Of a stretch of 64,000 nucleotides of DNA, positions 1 to 11,500 are shown piece after piece; the stretch's first letter is position 1, and each line of letters opens with the position of its first letter. Position numbers and translations under genes: made by a program. Source of the stretch: Candidatus Obscuribacterales bacterium (GTDB taxonomy: Bacteria > Cyanobacteriota > Vampirovibrionia > Obscuribacterales > Obscuribacteraceae). Where the stretch lies: NCBI GenBank assembly GCA_965228855.1, contig CBDDIJ010000005.1:672001-736000 (forward strand), written 5' to 3'. Below the pieces are notes generated by a model. The model saw only the letters and a list, made by a program, of their open reading frames with translations. It was not told the origin of the DNA and ran no database searches.

Positions 1-3000
1 TCAGGTTTGGTACAGAACCGCCCAGTCCATCGCTCAAGCCGCCACTGATGCTATCGTTCAATATAGATCCGAACGAAGTGAGAGTAATGCTGTTGCTTCC
101 TTCGACGCTGCCATCCAGGTCCAGAATGCCCGAGGTGGAGGTCAAGCTCACATCCGCACCAGAAATTGTGCCGGAACTGCTGAGGTCGCCAGTGCTCTCA
201 ACGGATGCAGTGGCAGACGCACTGCCGGTGAGGACATTCAGCGCACCGTTGTTCTCAACATATGCACTACCAGCTGCGGCTGAGAAAGTTAATGCTGACG
301 TGGCTAACTGGATAGGAGCGAGGCTAGAGCCGATACTTGTTGCAGAGTCAAGCACTACGGAAGGCGCGAGGATTGTTCCCACCGGTAAATCCGTAGCACT
401 AATGCTGGATGCACTGATTTCAACAAAGTCCGAACTGCTTACCGAGCCGGTAATTGAAACAGTTCCCGCAGCGACAAGCATTACAGGCTCGCCCGATACC
501 GTACCTGGTACCGTGATGTTGCCGGCGCTCTGCAAGGAGAACATACCCATGGCAGCTGAACCGCCGACCAGAGCTATATTCGCATTGTTGGAGATAACGT
601 TTACAAAACCTGTCGGCGCGTTGAGAGTTAGTGACTGTACGTTAGTAGAAACCAGTACTGGCGCGACATCTCCCACATTGCCGTTGGTAGAGGTGACGGA
701 CAGTGTAGGAGTAAAAACGGAATTTAGTTGATTAGCTGCTGTGAAACTCTCGTAGGCTGTCAACATCGCTGAAGATGACGCTACAGCCAGCGAAACTGTA
801 ATAGCACCGTTGGTGGATGAAGCGACCAGTGAAGCGACGTCCACATCTAATAGATGCAAGTCCCCTTCAGCCCTGATATCCAAAAGACCACCTTCCGCAA
901 TCGAAACTGTGGTGTTGCCTACGGCATCCAGGTAATCGGAACCAGTTACAAGCGACACAACGCTCGGCGACGATAGCTTAAGTCTGCCACTAACCGATCC
1001 GACATTGCTGGCAGACAACTGCACCTGTCCAGTTGCCGTCACGAGAGAGCCGGAATCAACTATGACATCACCGGTTGCAGAAAAGCGCGTGACGCGCGAG
1101 GTTATGCTTCCCCCGAACTGAATGTTGGCAGAAGAAGAAAGCCTGACGATGTCTGCAGTTATTTCAGCAGTCAGCGTGAGCCCAGTGGTTCCAAGCACTG
1201 AGAACGTCTGGAGCAGATTGGTTCCAGCAGAATTGATTCCTGTCAGGTTTACGCTGTTCGGATCGACTACATAAACCATTCCTGTCGGTGCATTCAACGT
1301 CAAGTTCACGGCATCGATATCAAGCTCATTACCGCTTGACCCAATCGAGCCATTCGTAGAGGTCAAATTGATTTGCGGCGCCGATAGAGCCGTTGGGCTT
1401 CCTAAGTTGACATCGCTAATATTATCGAAAGAGGTGAGGGAGATAGTGTCTGTCGCGGTTACCTGATTGACGAAAACACTACCAAGAGAAGACTCGATGG
1501 CGACATTGCGACCGCTGATTGGCTGGTAGGTGAAAACTGAAAGACTACCGGAGAGAGAGACGTCCCGCCCGGCGGTTACATCTTCGTTGATGAACAAATT
1601 GGCCGTCGTAGATGTAATTCGTACGTCGCGTCCAGCACTAAGAACTTTGTTGATGTAAATCGAATCAACCGAGTCCAAGATGATGTCACCGTTAGTGGCG
1701 GTTAATAGCTCATTAGCAAAGATGCTGTCGTTTGAGCTGATATTGATATTTCCTGCGGCAGTGATGTTGCCGTTCAAGAAAACACTATCTCCGGGAGTTG
1801 AGTTCGACTCTATAACAATGTTGCCGCCTGCATCAATTCGTCCGGCAAAAACCGAACCACCTGAAGTTTGCGCGGTGACGTTACCGCTAGCGCTAACATC
1901 CTGATTCAGAAAAATACTGCTACCAGCTAGAAGGCTTATGTTGCCTCCAGTAGTCGACAATGGAACATCGTTAATGGAGAGAGAGTTGGCGGAGTCAAAA
2001 ATTATATTGCGACCAGCGCTCACACCACTGCCGTCCGCAGTGAGGGAACCACCAGTAGTTGAATAGCTAAAATCAAGACCCGCGACACCCTGAATAAAGC
2101 TCGTAGAAATGGCACTATTCGTCAGAGTGACGCTACCTGCGGCACTAGCGTCGACAAAGGTAGCATTGATCGCAAGCGGTTGTCCAAGCGAGCCGATGCT
2201 ACCGTTAACGGAAGCGAGAGTGAGGTCAAATACTGTTGCGCCACTGCCGGCCAGACCACCAACAATACTGCCCGCGGTGATGCTGTTCAAAGACGTCAAT
2301 GAAATCGAGTCGGTTCCAGTCACCAGGCCGTTCAAACCGAGACTGCCATTGGTTGCTTGAAGAACAACATCGGTGGCTGAAATTGAGCCATCGCTCAGGA
2401 TGTTGTTGTTGGCCGTTACGCTAAAATCGAACAGCGCAGTACTGGTTCCAACGGTGACAGTATTGGGGTCGCTGAAATAAACGTTATTAGCTTGAAGAGT
2501 AACATGGTTTGCGTCCAGTAACAGAGGCGTCGCGCTTGTGCCGATGTCTCCTGCGGTGGACGTGATTTGAAGGTTCGGACTAGTTAGAACTCCAGTTATA
2601 GAGGAATTCAAAATGTTTCCAGCGGCGGTTAGCGATATAAAGTTCGAAGCAGTCAGGTTACTGGCGATGTTCAATGAACCGCTTGCGATAAACGACAGCT
2701 GATTTCCGCTCACACTGCTGGTAGTCGAAAGGTTGGCAGCGTTTACCTGGAGAGTGCCTGAAACAAACGAAGAGCCACCACCCATGGTGAGGTCCGTCGC
2801 ATCAACGATTGTCGCATTTCCGCTGAGTGCGTTAACCGTCAAATTCGTAGCTTCGACATTACCGACAATATCTCCGGTCTCCGATCGCAAGTTCACCTGC
2901 GGAGCGGTCACTGATGCTGGAATTACAGAAGTGATGCCAGTTTGAGCCCGTATGGTTGCGCTAGTCGTTGCCGTTATGATCTCGGACAATGTGACATTGC

Positions 3001-5431
3001 TTGTCAGCGAACGCAAATTGACGACATCAGCGGTGATCGTATTATCAGTAATAACAGCTCCGTTCGCTTGAAGATCGAAGATACCAGCGGCACTCCCATC
3101 AATGTTGGCGGCGCCAGTCACATTGATAAAGACAGAGCCATTCGAGGCGAATGCTCCAATATCCGGTCCGGTCAGATTCAGCCTGCCAGAGGCGGAGGAT
3201 CCAATATTGCCATTCATACTCGTTAGTACGAGGAAAGCCCCGGCACCGATTGTCGAACTGGCTGTATTGGTAATGTTTCCTTCTGCAAAGATGAGCACTG
3301 CGGCTGCAGAAATACCACTGCCGCCGGATTGATTAATGTTGCCAGTCGACGCAAGAACCAAAGATCCAGCGATATCTATGACACCGCTGTTAATCTGGAT
3401 GTTGCCACCAGTCGTAGGAGTTAGACTGTCGCCGACAAGTGTATTTCCTGAGGTAATTTGACCGCTTGCATCAAAGACGACGTTCGCGCCATTCGAGGAG
3501 ATCGGCTGCAGCGTGGAAATAGAGACTGAATTTAATAAGTTTGGCGAGTCAGCGTTGATGCCGCCTAACGTGATTGCGGTAGTGTTCTGAGCCCCGGCGA
3601 TGATCGTGATGTCGCCAGCATCACCTGTAACGGAACTGGCATTAATTAGGGTTCCACCCAGATTCACGCGTCCAGAATTAAAGTTCAAACCAGCGAACGC
3701 GGCAACGAGGATGTCACCTGCATTATCGCTCGCATTCAATCCGGCCGATGATATGGTCACGCCACTTCCGAGTAGAACACTGCCACCACCAGTAGAGGCA
3801 TTACCGGTCAGTGTAGTTCCGGAAAACGTGCCGCCCGGGAGAGTCGAACTGTTGGTGCCACCGGGCAGTTGCTCCGCTCCAGCTATGAGCGTAATGTTAT
3901 AACCCTGTCCCGCAGACGTTGCAGTGATAGTAACATTATTGGCGCTTGTGATGTTGCCACTGGCAATGATCGCCAGATCCTCAGCGACTGTAATATCGCC
4001 AGCAATGTTGATATTTCCGGCACTATTCTTGAAGGTCGGGTCACCCGTCAGACAAACTTGACCGATGTTCAGCTCAGCAGTAGCAGCTTGCACATGAGCT
4101 TCGGCACCTGTCTGATTGATGGTTCCAGTCAGTTCGTTAACTTCGACCCGAAGGACACCACCGCCGGCGTTCAAATTCAGCTCGCGGCTGAATAAATCCC
4201 CACCTGAGACGTTGGTGTTGAAAGGCTCTGAAAATGCTGCGTTACGAACGTTAATTGCGCCGTTCAGAGCGGAGATTGTCCCGCCGTCGTTATTGAGGTT
4301 TAAATCAGCTGTCGCCGCTCCATCGACATTCACATCGCCTTTAAGCGATTCGACACGACCACTGTTGACGATGGATGATGAACTCAGATTCACATCTCTG
4401 ACTGCGCTGACGTCAGATGCGTTAGTTAGATTGCCACCGGCTGTAAGTGTCAAGCTGCCACTGGATGTGATACTACCGTAGTTGCTGAGGTCCCCTTTAG
4501 CGTTTAAACCGAGATCAACGGCCCCACCTTTTCCACCAAGGTCGTTTCTCTGACCGTTGTTCAAAACAGTCGAGATAACACCGCCAGCCTGATTTGTGAT
4601 GTCATCGGCATAAATCGTACCGCCGCGAACAGACTTACTGCTGGATACTGCGTACACGAAGCCGTAGTTCGTCAGGTCGCCTTGCAATCTAAAGTCCGAA
4701 CCTTTTCCGAAATCCCCGTAGGTTGTGACGCCGACGGGCACGATCAGGTCAGAGGCTTTCATGACGTCATTATTAGCTGTGATGGAGCCCAGATCAACCT
4801 GACCACCAATAGAAGCACCCGTTGCGTCCAGCGTGACTTTCTGTCCGCCACCTGCAAGGACTTGCTTGACGGCTACGTATTCGGAAGCGGTCACTTGTTG
4901 ACCAGCTGAGATCGTTTTGACTTCGCCACCGACACTGATTTCAACTGAGTTGACGTTGCCAAAGAGCTTCTGCCCTAGAGTGATGTTTCTAACTGTCGAA
5001 GAAAGGTCAAGATTTACGCCATTCTTCAGTGAAACGAGATTGCCGTCAGAATTATTTTGCAAAGACTGGTTCACGACGCCGTTGTGACGCTCGAGTCGCT
5101 GAGTCCACCTGTCAGCACGATTCGATCCAAGCGAAGCACCGGTTGATTGCGTCGTATTTACGTTTCCGCTCAAAGAAGGAACTGCGAGGAAAGTCGATGG
5201 AGATGTTGCATTTCGAGCACCACCTGCGACACCAAACTCCTGGCGATACATACCGCGCAAAGTTTGCCTGTCAATGCCGGGATTCTGGTCTCGAAACTCC
5301 CTGAAGGTCGTTCGATCATGCTCAGGAGCAGCCTGGGCTGCCTGCATGGCTGATGCGGACAGGGAACCAATAATGACTGCCATCCACTGCTTAACAAACG
5401 ACTTGCGAACTCTGACTGCCTTCTTACTCAT
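1..5431 (-). CDS. Giant secreted beta-helix/hemagglutinin-like repeat protein, paralog of 5531-17788; 3' end runs off the window (>1810 aa)
   Basis: Absent from the ORF track because no stop lies in the window. Manual translation from ATG 5431 (AGGA upstream) gives MSKKAVRVRKSFVKQWMAVIIGSLSASAMQAAQA-APEHDRTTFREFRDQNPGIDRQTLRGMYRQEFG..., collinear with the neighbouring giant protein. Spot checks at about 4530, 2010, 750 and 30 are in the same open frame; it ends ...NDSISGGLSDGLGGSVPNL at the edge. Confidence 0.9.
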   Translation of the reverse strand, partial: MSKKAVRVRKSFVKQWMAVIIGSLSASAMQAAQAAPEHDRTTFREFRDQNPGIDRQTLRGMYRQEFGVAGGARNATSPSTFLAVPSLSGNVNTTQSTGASLGSNRADRWTQRLERHNGVVNQSLQNNSDGNLVSLKNGVNLDLSSTVRNITLGQKLFGNVNSVEISVGGEVKTISAGQQVTASEYVAVKQVLAGGGQKVTLDATGASIGGQVDLGSITANNDVMKASDLIVPVGVTTYGDFGKGSDFRLQGDLTNYGFVYAVSSSKSVRGGTIYADDITNQAGGVISTVLNNGQRNDLGGKGGAVDLGLNAKGDLSNYGSITSSGSLTLTAGGNLTNASDVSAVRDVNLSSSSIVNSGRVESLKGDVNVDGAATADLNLNNDGGTISALNGAINVRNAAFSEPFNTNVSGGDLFSRELNLNAGGGVLRVEVNELTGTINQTGAEAHVQAATAELNIGQVCLTGDPTFKNSAGNINIAGDITVAEDLAIIASGNITSANNVTITATSAGQGYNITLIAGAEQLPGGTNSSTLPGGTFSGTTLTGNASTGGGSVLLGSGVTISSAGLNASDNAGDILVAAFAGLNFNSGRVNLGGTLINASSVTGDAGDITIIAGAQNTTAITLGGINADSPNLLNSVSISTLQPISSNGANVVFDASGQITSGNTLVGDSLTPTTGGNIQINSGVIDIAGSLVLASTGNINQSGGSGISAAAVLIFAEGNITNTASSTIGAGAFLVLTSMNGNIGSSASGRLNLTGPDIGAFASNGSVFINVTGAANIDGSAAGIFDLQANGAVITDNTITADVVNLRSLTSNVTLSEIITATTSATIRAQTGITSVIPASVTAPQVNLRSETGDIVGNVEATNLTVNALSGNATIVDATDLTMGGGSSFVSGTLQVNAANLSTTSSVSGNQLSFIASGSLNIASNLTASNFISLTAAGNILNSSITGVLTSPNLQITSTAGDIGTSATPLLLDANHVTLQANNVYFSDPNTVTVGTSTALFDFSVTANNNILSDGSISATDVVLQATNGSLGLNGLVTGTDSISLTSLNSITAGSIVGGLAGSGATVFDLTLASVNGSIGSLGQPLAINATFVDASAAGSVTLTNSAISTSFIQGVAGLDFSYSTTGGSLTADGSGVSAGRNIIFDSANSLSINDVPLSTTGGNISLLAGSSIFLNQDVSASGNVTAQTSGGSVFAGRIDAGGNIVIESNSTPGDSVFLNGNITAAGNINISSNDSIFANELLTATNGDIILDSVDSIYINKVLSAGRDVRITSTTANLFINEDVTAGRDVSLSGSLSVFTYQPISGRNVAIESSLGSVFVNQVTATDTISLTSFDNISDVNLGSPTALSAPQINLTSTNGSIGSSGNELDIDAVNLTLNAPTGMVYVVDPNSVNLTGINSAGTNLLQTFSVLGTTGLTLTAEITADIVRLSSSANIQFGGSITSRVTRFSATGDVIVDSGSLVTATGQVQLSASNVGSVSGRLKLSSPSVVSLVTGSDYLDAVGNTTVSIAEGGLLDIRAEGDLHLLDVDVASLVASSTNGAITVSLAVASSSAMLTAYESFTAANQLNSVFTPTLSVTSTNGNVGDVAPVLVSTNVQSLTLNAPTGFVNVISNNANIALVGGSAAMGMFSLQSAGNITVPGTVSGEPVMLVAAGTVSITGSVSSSDFVEISASSISATDLPVGTILAPSVVLDSATSIGSSLAPIQLATSALTFSAAAGSAYVENNGALNVLTGSASATASVESTGDLSSSGTISGADVSLTSTSGILDLDGSVEGSNSITLTSFGSILNDSISGGLSDGLGGSVPNL

Positions 5432-5469
5432 TATGTTAGGTCCTGCAAAATAAATTGAAGTGAGAAACG

Positions 5470-5527
5470 AAAGAAACGCGAGACGCCCCCGAGCACGGAA
5501 CCTCAGTTCTCATGATCGGGAGCGTTG
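5470..5527 (-). terminator. Long GC-rich stem-loop followed by a U-rich tract between the two giant genes (terminator/attenuator or mRNA stabiliser)
   Basis: Minus strand ACGCTCCCGATCATGAGAAC-TGAG-GTTCCGTGCTCGGGGGCGT pairs extensively, followed by CTCGCGTTTCTTTCGTTTCT, directly after the TAA of the upstream gene. Confidence 0.6.
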
Positions 5528-5530
5528 CAA

Positions 5531-8500
5531 TTACCAGTTGAGCGCAACTGTTTTCGGCTTGGTGTGGAATTCGTAAGCGGTTCCGTTCTGACCGAGTTGC
5601 AACACGATTGCAGAGGTTTTAACTACCTTCGCTGCGACTTTCTGAGCTTCTGGATGCTTGGAGCTTAGCAACGCCTTGAGCGGTTTCAGCACTTGAATTG
5701 CGCCTGGCAGCGAGAATTCAGTAGTGAAGGCTTTGCGCCCGTTGCCCATGTCGTGATGACCGACGTTTCTGTGCATCATCGCTTCGATTGCATTAACTTC
5801 AGCGAACTGAGCGCATTTATCGTTGGTCACGGTCACGTGTCTTCCCGGAGCCAATGGGATGCTTCTGCCGCCGACTTCAACTTCAACGCTTCTCTTATGA
5901 TGATCGTTTACATCGTAAACCGACAGGTGAGTTGCATCAGCGACAACCAGGGCGATCGCGCCGGCGGCCAACTTGACCGTTCCCTTTGGTGAAACGACAG
6001 TTGTATCCTTCGATGCAACGAAAAGAACACTGCCATGGTCCATCGTCACGCAATCCGAATGTGGCCTTGTTGAAACACCGTTTTCGCCAGCGGAGAAACC
6101 AAGTTCCATGTCGGTACAGAGTTGAACATCGAAGGTCATCGAACTTGGCGCGTTGGTCGTCATGTACGAATTATCCGCAGTCGTGCTTACCGCTCCAGCC
6201 AATCCGTTGGTTGAAGCCGTCGCCAGATTAGTGGCGGAGTCGCTTGAATTCAACAGATTGCTGCTTCCAAGCGAGTTGGTGGCGGTCATGTTGTTGAGGG
6301 AAACCAACTGCAATGCAGCGGTTGAAGCGACCGGTGCTGAGCTAATCAGCTCGGAAGCGAAAGCACTATCCGTGGTGGCGGCTGGAGAAGATGTGGTGGC
6401 ATCAGCTCCGTGCATTACGCCTTTGCCATAGCTGATGTAGACAGGAGTTCCCACCGGCACAGGCGGGTCGGCTGTCACGGTGACGCCGCCTCGAATCTCA
6501 ATGAGGTTGTTTCTCAAGTTATTGCTGACCAGAATATCAGCACCCTGCGCCGTGAATATGTTCTGAGGAGATAGACCCTTAGCCCGTCTTCCCGAGAAAC
6601 TGACAGTACCGCCGTTTTCGACAACAGTCGTGAACTTCGGTGTTTTGTTACCGCCCGGGGGAAGGATGCTCGGTCCGATCGCAATGGTGACGTCGCCCAG
6701 ACCGGCGATTTTGGCATTCGTGACAATGGTTGAACCGGTTCCAAGAATGAGCTTGGCTTTCTTATCACTGGTCGTATTGATCACGTTGATGCTGCTGAAG
6801 GCCGTCAGTGTGGTGTTGTCACCGATGGTGAGGAACCCGCCTGAACCCAGGACAGACAGGTCACCGTTGACCGAGGTCAGATCGCCCGTCACGGTGAGTG
6901 CGCCTGCTGATGCGAGGCTCAAATCGTTGCCGGCCGTTGATTCTGCGAAGTTCACGCCCACTGTTGATGCGCTGTTGATAAACACACTTCCGGTTGCAGC
7001 GAGTGCGTTACCGGAAATAGTGCCGATTCCGGCTGCAACATTGAATGGATTATTTTCATCGACGCCGATCGAACCGGTCACGGAGGTGAGCTTCAACGAA
7101 GGCGTCGTGAGCGTACCTGTGAGGTCGGCGTTTACGATGTTGTTGTTAGCAGTCAGAGTCAGGGTAGTGGTACCGGTCAGTGCACCGGTGAGAGCGAACT
7201 TGCCGCCGGTAGCGAGCACTGTATTTGCTGAGCTGGCAGTTCCAGCTCCGGTCAGATCACCGACAGTGAAGATATCCAGCGTGTTGGTGGCGATGCTGTT
7301 GCCGAGAACGACTGCACCGGCCAAGGTGTTGTTGACGAAGGCATTCTGCGCTGCTGCCACACGCATGTTGTTAGCGACGATCGTGAACCTGTTTGCAGAG
7401 TCGGTTCCAATCGCGCCAGCAGAGGAGAGAACGGCATTATTCGTTATGACCGACCCACCGAGCGTCGTTGTCATACCGCCTGAGGCAGTCAACGTCGCAG
7501 AGTTTGTCGCGGTAATATCGTTTGTAATACCGATCGTTCCAGCGGTGGCTGTAAGCGTGAGATCGTTGACGAGGAAGTCTGCGCTGGTTGTTATATTTCC
7601 AGCCGTCGAGTTCACCGTCAAGGCAGTTACGGCTTGCGAGCCGATCGTGATGTCGTTAGCTTCGTTGATGGTTAGCGTTCCAGCCGACAACGTCGTCAGT
7701 GACGCAACTGAAGTATTCAACGTTACCGGTCCGCTTCCGAATGAAACGCTCAATGCGTTACCTGAAACCGTTCCAGCCGTCTGCGTAATCGCTCCGTTCG
7801 AGTTGAAATCGACGGAGTTGTTACCGGTCAGAGCTGCACCGAGTTGGATGTTGCCCGTGGCCGAGATCAAGTCTACGTCGTTTGCTGTCGTGGCAGCGTT
7901 GATGACGATCGCATTGCCGGATGCGCTATTACCTGTCAATGTCAATTGATCGACATTGACGCCAGTGCCTTGAACGGTGATTGTTCCTCCTGCGTTGATG
8001 ACGACATCTTGTCCTACGCCGGCGACACCATTGAGGATGATGCCGTCAGCTTCGTTTAACAAAGTTATAGCGCCGCCGCCAGAGGTGTTCAACTCACCGA
8101 CGCTGGTGCTCGCGAATGTCGCGGTACCAACTCCCGTGTTGACAATCAATTTGTTCGAAGCAATCGAGGTGGCGACTCGCTGAGAAATATCGTCGCCGGC
8201 TCCGAGAGCTCCAAGAATGGTCACATCGCGACCTGGCGCGGTTATGTTACCTACAAGCACATCGCCATTGGTGGCAACACCGGTCGTGAATGAACCACCG
8301 GTTACAGCACCGTTCTGAACAAATATGGTGCCACTGATGACCGGTTTGGCGACCGCTATGTTTATGTTGCCGCTAGTGATACCACCCGTCGTATCGATGT
8401 CTCCAGTGAATACGCCTCCAGCTCCGATAATGCGAACCTGACCGCTGGTAGCGGTGCCGGATGTGTCAATGTTTCCGAGGTTCACGATACCAGCATTAGT

Positions 8501-11500
8501 GATTCCATTGTTCGCGATCGCAGTGACAGCACCTCCGTTGCCGTTGTTGCCAACGGTTAGAATGTTGACGGTACTCAGGTTGATGTTACCGCCCTGGGTG
8601 CTGAATCCGGTAATGGTGTAGGTATCAGCATTCTGGGTCTGACCAGGTGTTGTCGGAGTGAAGGTGACACCCGCCATCAAAGTCAAGTTGCCACCGTTTG
8701 TGGTGCCGGTCAAATCGATCAGAGTTGCTCCGGAAGTGTTGATGTTGCCGGACGCGATGATCGCGAATGGTCCACCGTTGAATATGATGTTACCGCTCAA
8801 ATTAACGTCGCCGGATCCATTGTTATTAGCGATGGTACCAGCGTCCGCGCAGTTGACGACGAGCGGATTACCAGAAAGTGAACCGGTAAGAATCAAGTCG
8901 CAGGCGTTGACAGTCAATTGATTTTGACCGACAACCGAAACACCGCCGTTAACCGTGAAGAAATTGTTGATACCGCCGAGGTCTTTGACAGTGAGGATGG
9001 CTTCGCCATTGCCGCCGAACGTGGTGTTGCCGGCGAAGGTCATGTCGCCTTCAAGCGTGTCAAAGGTGGTTCCGTTTTCAGAGTTGAAGAAACCGCCAGT
9101 ACCACTGATTGTGAGATTGCTTCCGGAGCCGGCTGTCGCGACCTCAATCGTATCGAAATCGAAAGTATTCGAATGAATGATGTTGCTCGTGGTCAGCTTC
9201 AAGTGCCCGGTACCATCGATGTCATCGAGGGTTTGAATTGTTCCGGTTAGCGCAGCTACTGAGAAGTTGTTGTTGCCGGTAGAGCCATCCAGGGAGATGG
9301 TGTTGGTTCCGGTGTATGTGATATTCACGTCGCCACCGACGGCTTCAGCGATTACCGTTATCGCGCCGGCACCCGTTCCAACGACACGAATAGGCAGTGC
9401 ACCAGTTCCGATACCACCGGCTGCGGAGAACATCGTCAACAGAGGAGTCGTTATTAAAGTTCCCGCTGTCTGCGTGATGCTTCCGTTTCCTGTCGAAGTG
9501 TCGAACGTGACAGCACCGGTCGCAGTGATGTTGTTGGAGATGTCGATATTTCCGGTGTCAGACGTGAGGACCAATGCCGTCAGGCTCAGGTCAGCGCCTG
9601 TCGTGATACTTCCGTTGGCGGAGTTTACATCTAAAACGTCAACGACTTGAGACAACAATTGAATGTTGTCGGCTTCAAGGACCGTGAGATCCGTTGCATC
9701 ACCGACAGTCGTTAGTTGGGCTACGTTGGTGGAAAGTGTCGCAGAAGCAGCGCCAAAGTCGACGGTCAGTAAACCACCGGACACAATGCCGGCGGTCTGT
9801 GTCAGCTCATCGCCTGCATTTAGCGAAACACCGGTAGCTCCCGCTACATCAGCGTTCAGAATTATATCGTCCCCTGCCGTGAGCGCTACGATCGGAGCGG
9901 TTACGTTCGAATTCACGGTGATATCTCCACCGGACAGAATTCCGAAAGCCACACCTGCAGCCGATGAACCACCGCCGAGCGTAATATTGTTGGCGTCCTC
10001 CACGAACACCGTTCCGGTAGCAGCATTTGCTCTGAGCACGTCAGCGTCGACATTGAGGAAGTCGAGGATGTCGCCTATGTTGCCGTTGGTCGAGGTCAGG
10101 TCAAGGAAGGCTGCCGGAATACCGATGCCGGAATTCAGACCGCCTGAAACGTTTGCGTCGAGAATACTGGCAGAGCTTGTCAGTTTTATCGAAGTTGTTC
10201 CAGTGACTGCGCCGTCAAGGTCGAAAGCTCCGCCTGTAGCAGTTAAATCTACATCCACGGCAGTGATGGTACCAGCTGCGGTGCTGTTTAGATTGATAGG
10301 AGCAACTGCGGTGAAACTGGTTCCAGCAGAGGATGCGCCGTTAAAAGTCATGGAATCGGTTGTGTCGCTCAGAGAGACGAAACCGAAAGCATTAGCGATT
10401 ACGTTGGTCAGATTCAACGAACTCAACGAAATATCGCCGGCAGTCGATTCGAAGTTGAAGTTGTCAGCGGTCAAACCGCCAACGACGTTTGCATCCAGAA
10501 TCGAATCGTTGGACGATAGCGCGATGGTCACCGCTTCCAGAGGAGCATTGACGTTTACTGAACCGCCAGTCGCTGTGAGTGACAGAGTGGTTCCAGCCGT
10601 GATTGCACCAGTGACGGTTACGCTGCCAGCGGCTGTGACAGTGAACGAAATTCCAGAAAGTGAACTGTCGGCACCGATCGAAATGTCGTTCGCATCCGCA
10701 AGGTTGACATAACCGTTGGCGGCGAGCGCACTAACCTGTGCAAAGTCGATGCTCGTGATGTCGATGTTGTTGGCGCTCGAAGCCAGGTTGATTTGAGGAG
10801 AGCTCAACCCGCCGACTACAGCAGCATTGTCTATAGTGCCGTTAGACGTAAGATTGATTTCGGCAAGACCCTGGACAGAACCAGCCAGAGTGAAGCTTCC
10901 ACCTAGAGCATTCAAGAACACAGTCGTACCGGAGATGCCGGCAGACGAAGTGAGGTCGGTGTTGGCAGTCAACTCAAAAGTGTCCTGCGCAGCCGAAGCA
11001 ACGTTGACATTAATGTTGTCGTCTCCAAGGTGACCGTCATCGGTGATGAAGACGCTGCCGGCCGGTGTATTGGCACCCAGATTGACGGCATCGATCTTCA
11101 GAGTATCGAGACCAGCTCCGATGTCACCGTTATCCGAAGTCAACACCAGATTGGCTACGGCGGCGGTACCGCCAGCTCCTGTCAAACCACCGGCGATGTT
11201 GGCGTTCAAAATGCTATCGAAGGAACGCAATGTGATTGTATCGACGGCTCTCACTTCGCCGTTCAACAGGAAGTCGCCATTTACCGCACGCAGGGTGACA
11301 TCATCTCCGGCACTGATCAGCCCGGAGCTGTGCAAGTTACCCGTAGCTACGATATCGATGCTGGCAGTCGCGGATGCGCTGTTAACGTCGAGGTCATCAG
11401 CATCTGCCACAAAGACACCACCGGCAGTGGCGGTCGCGATGAGGTTGTCGGTGTTGATGTCCAGACGATCTGCCGAGCCCGCTCCAATTTGTTGTGCAGT

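Noticed and set aside
5531..6130. CDI/polymorphic toxin tip
   Set aside because: No VENN/pre-toxin motif, no recognisable toxin motif and no immunity ORF in the 99-bp downstream gap
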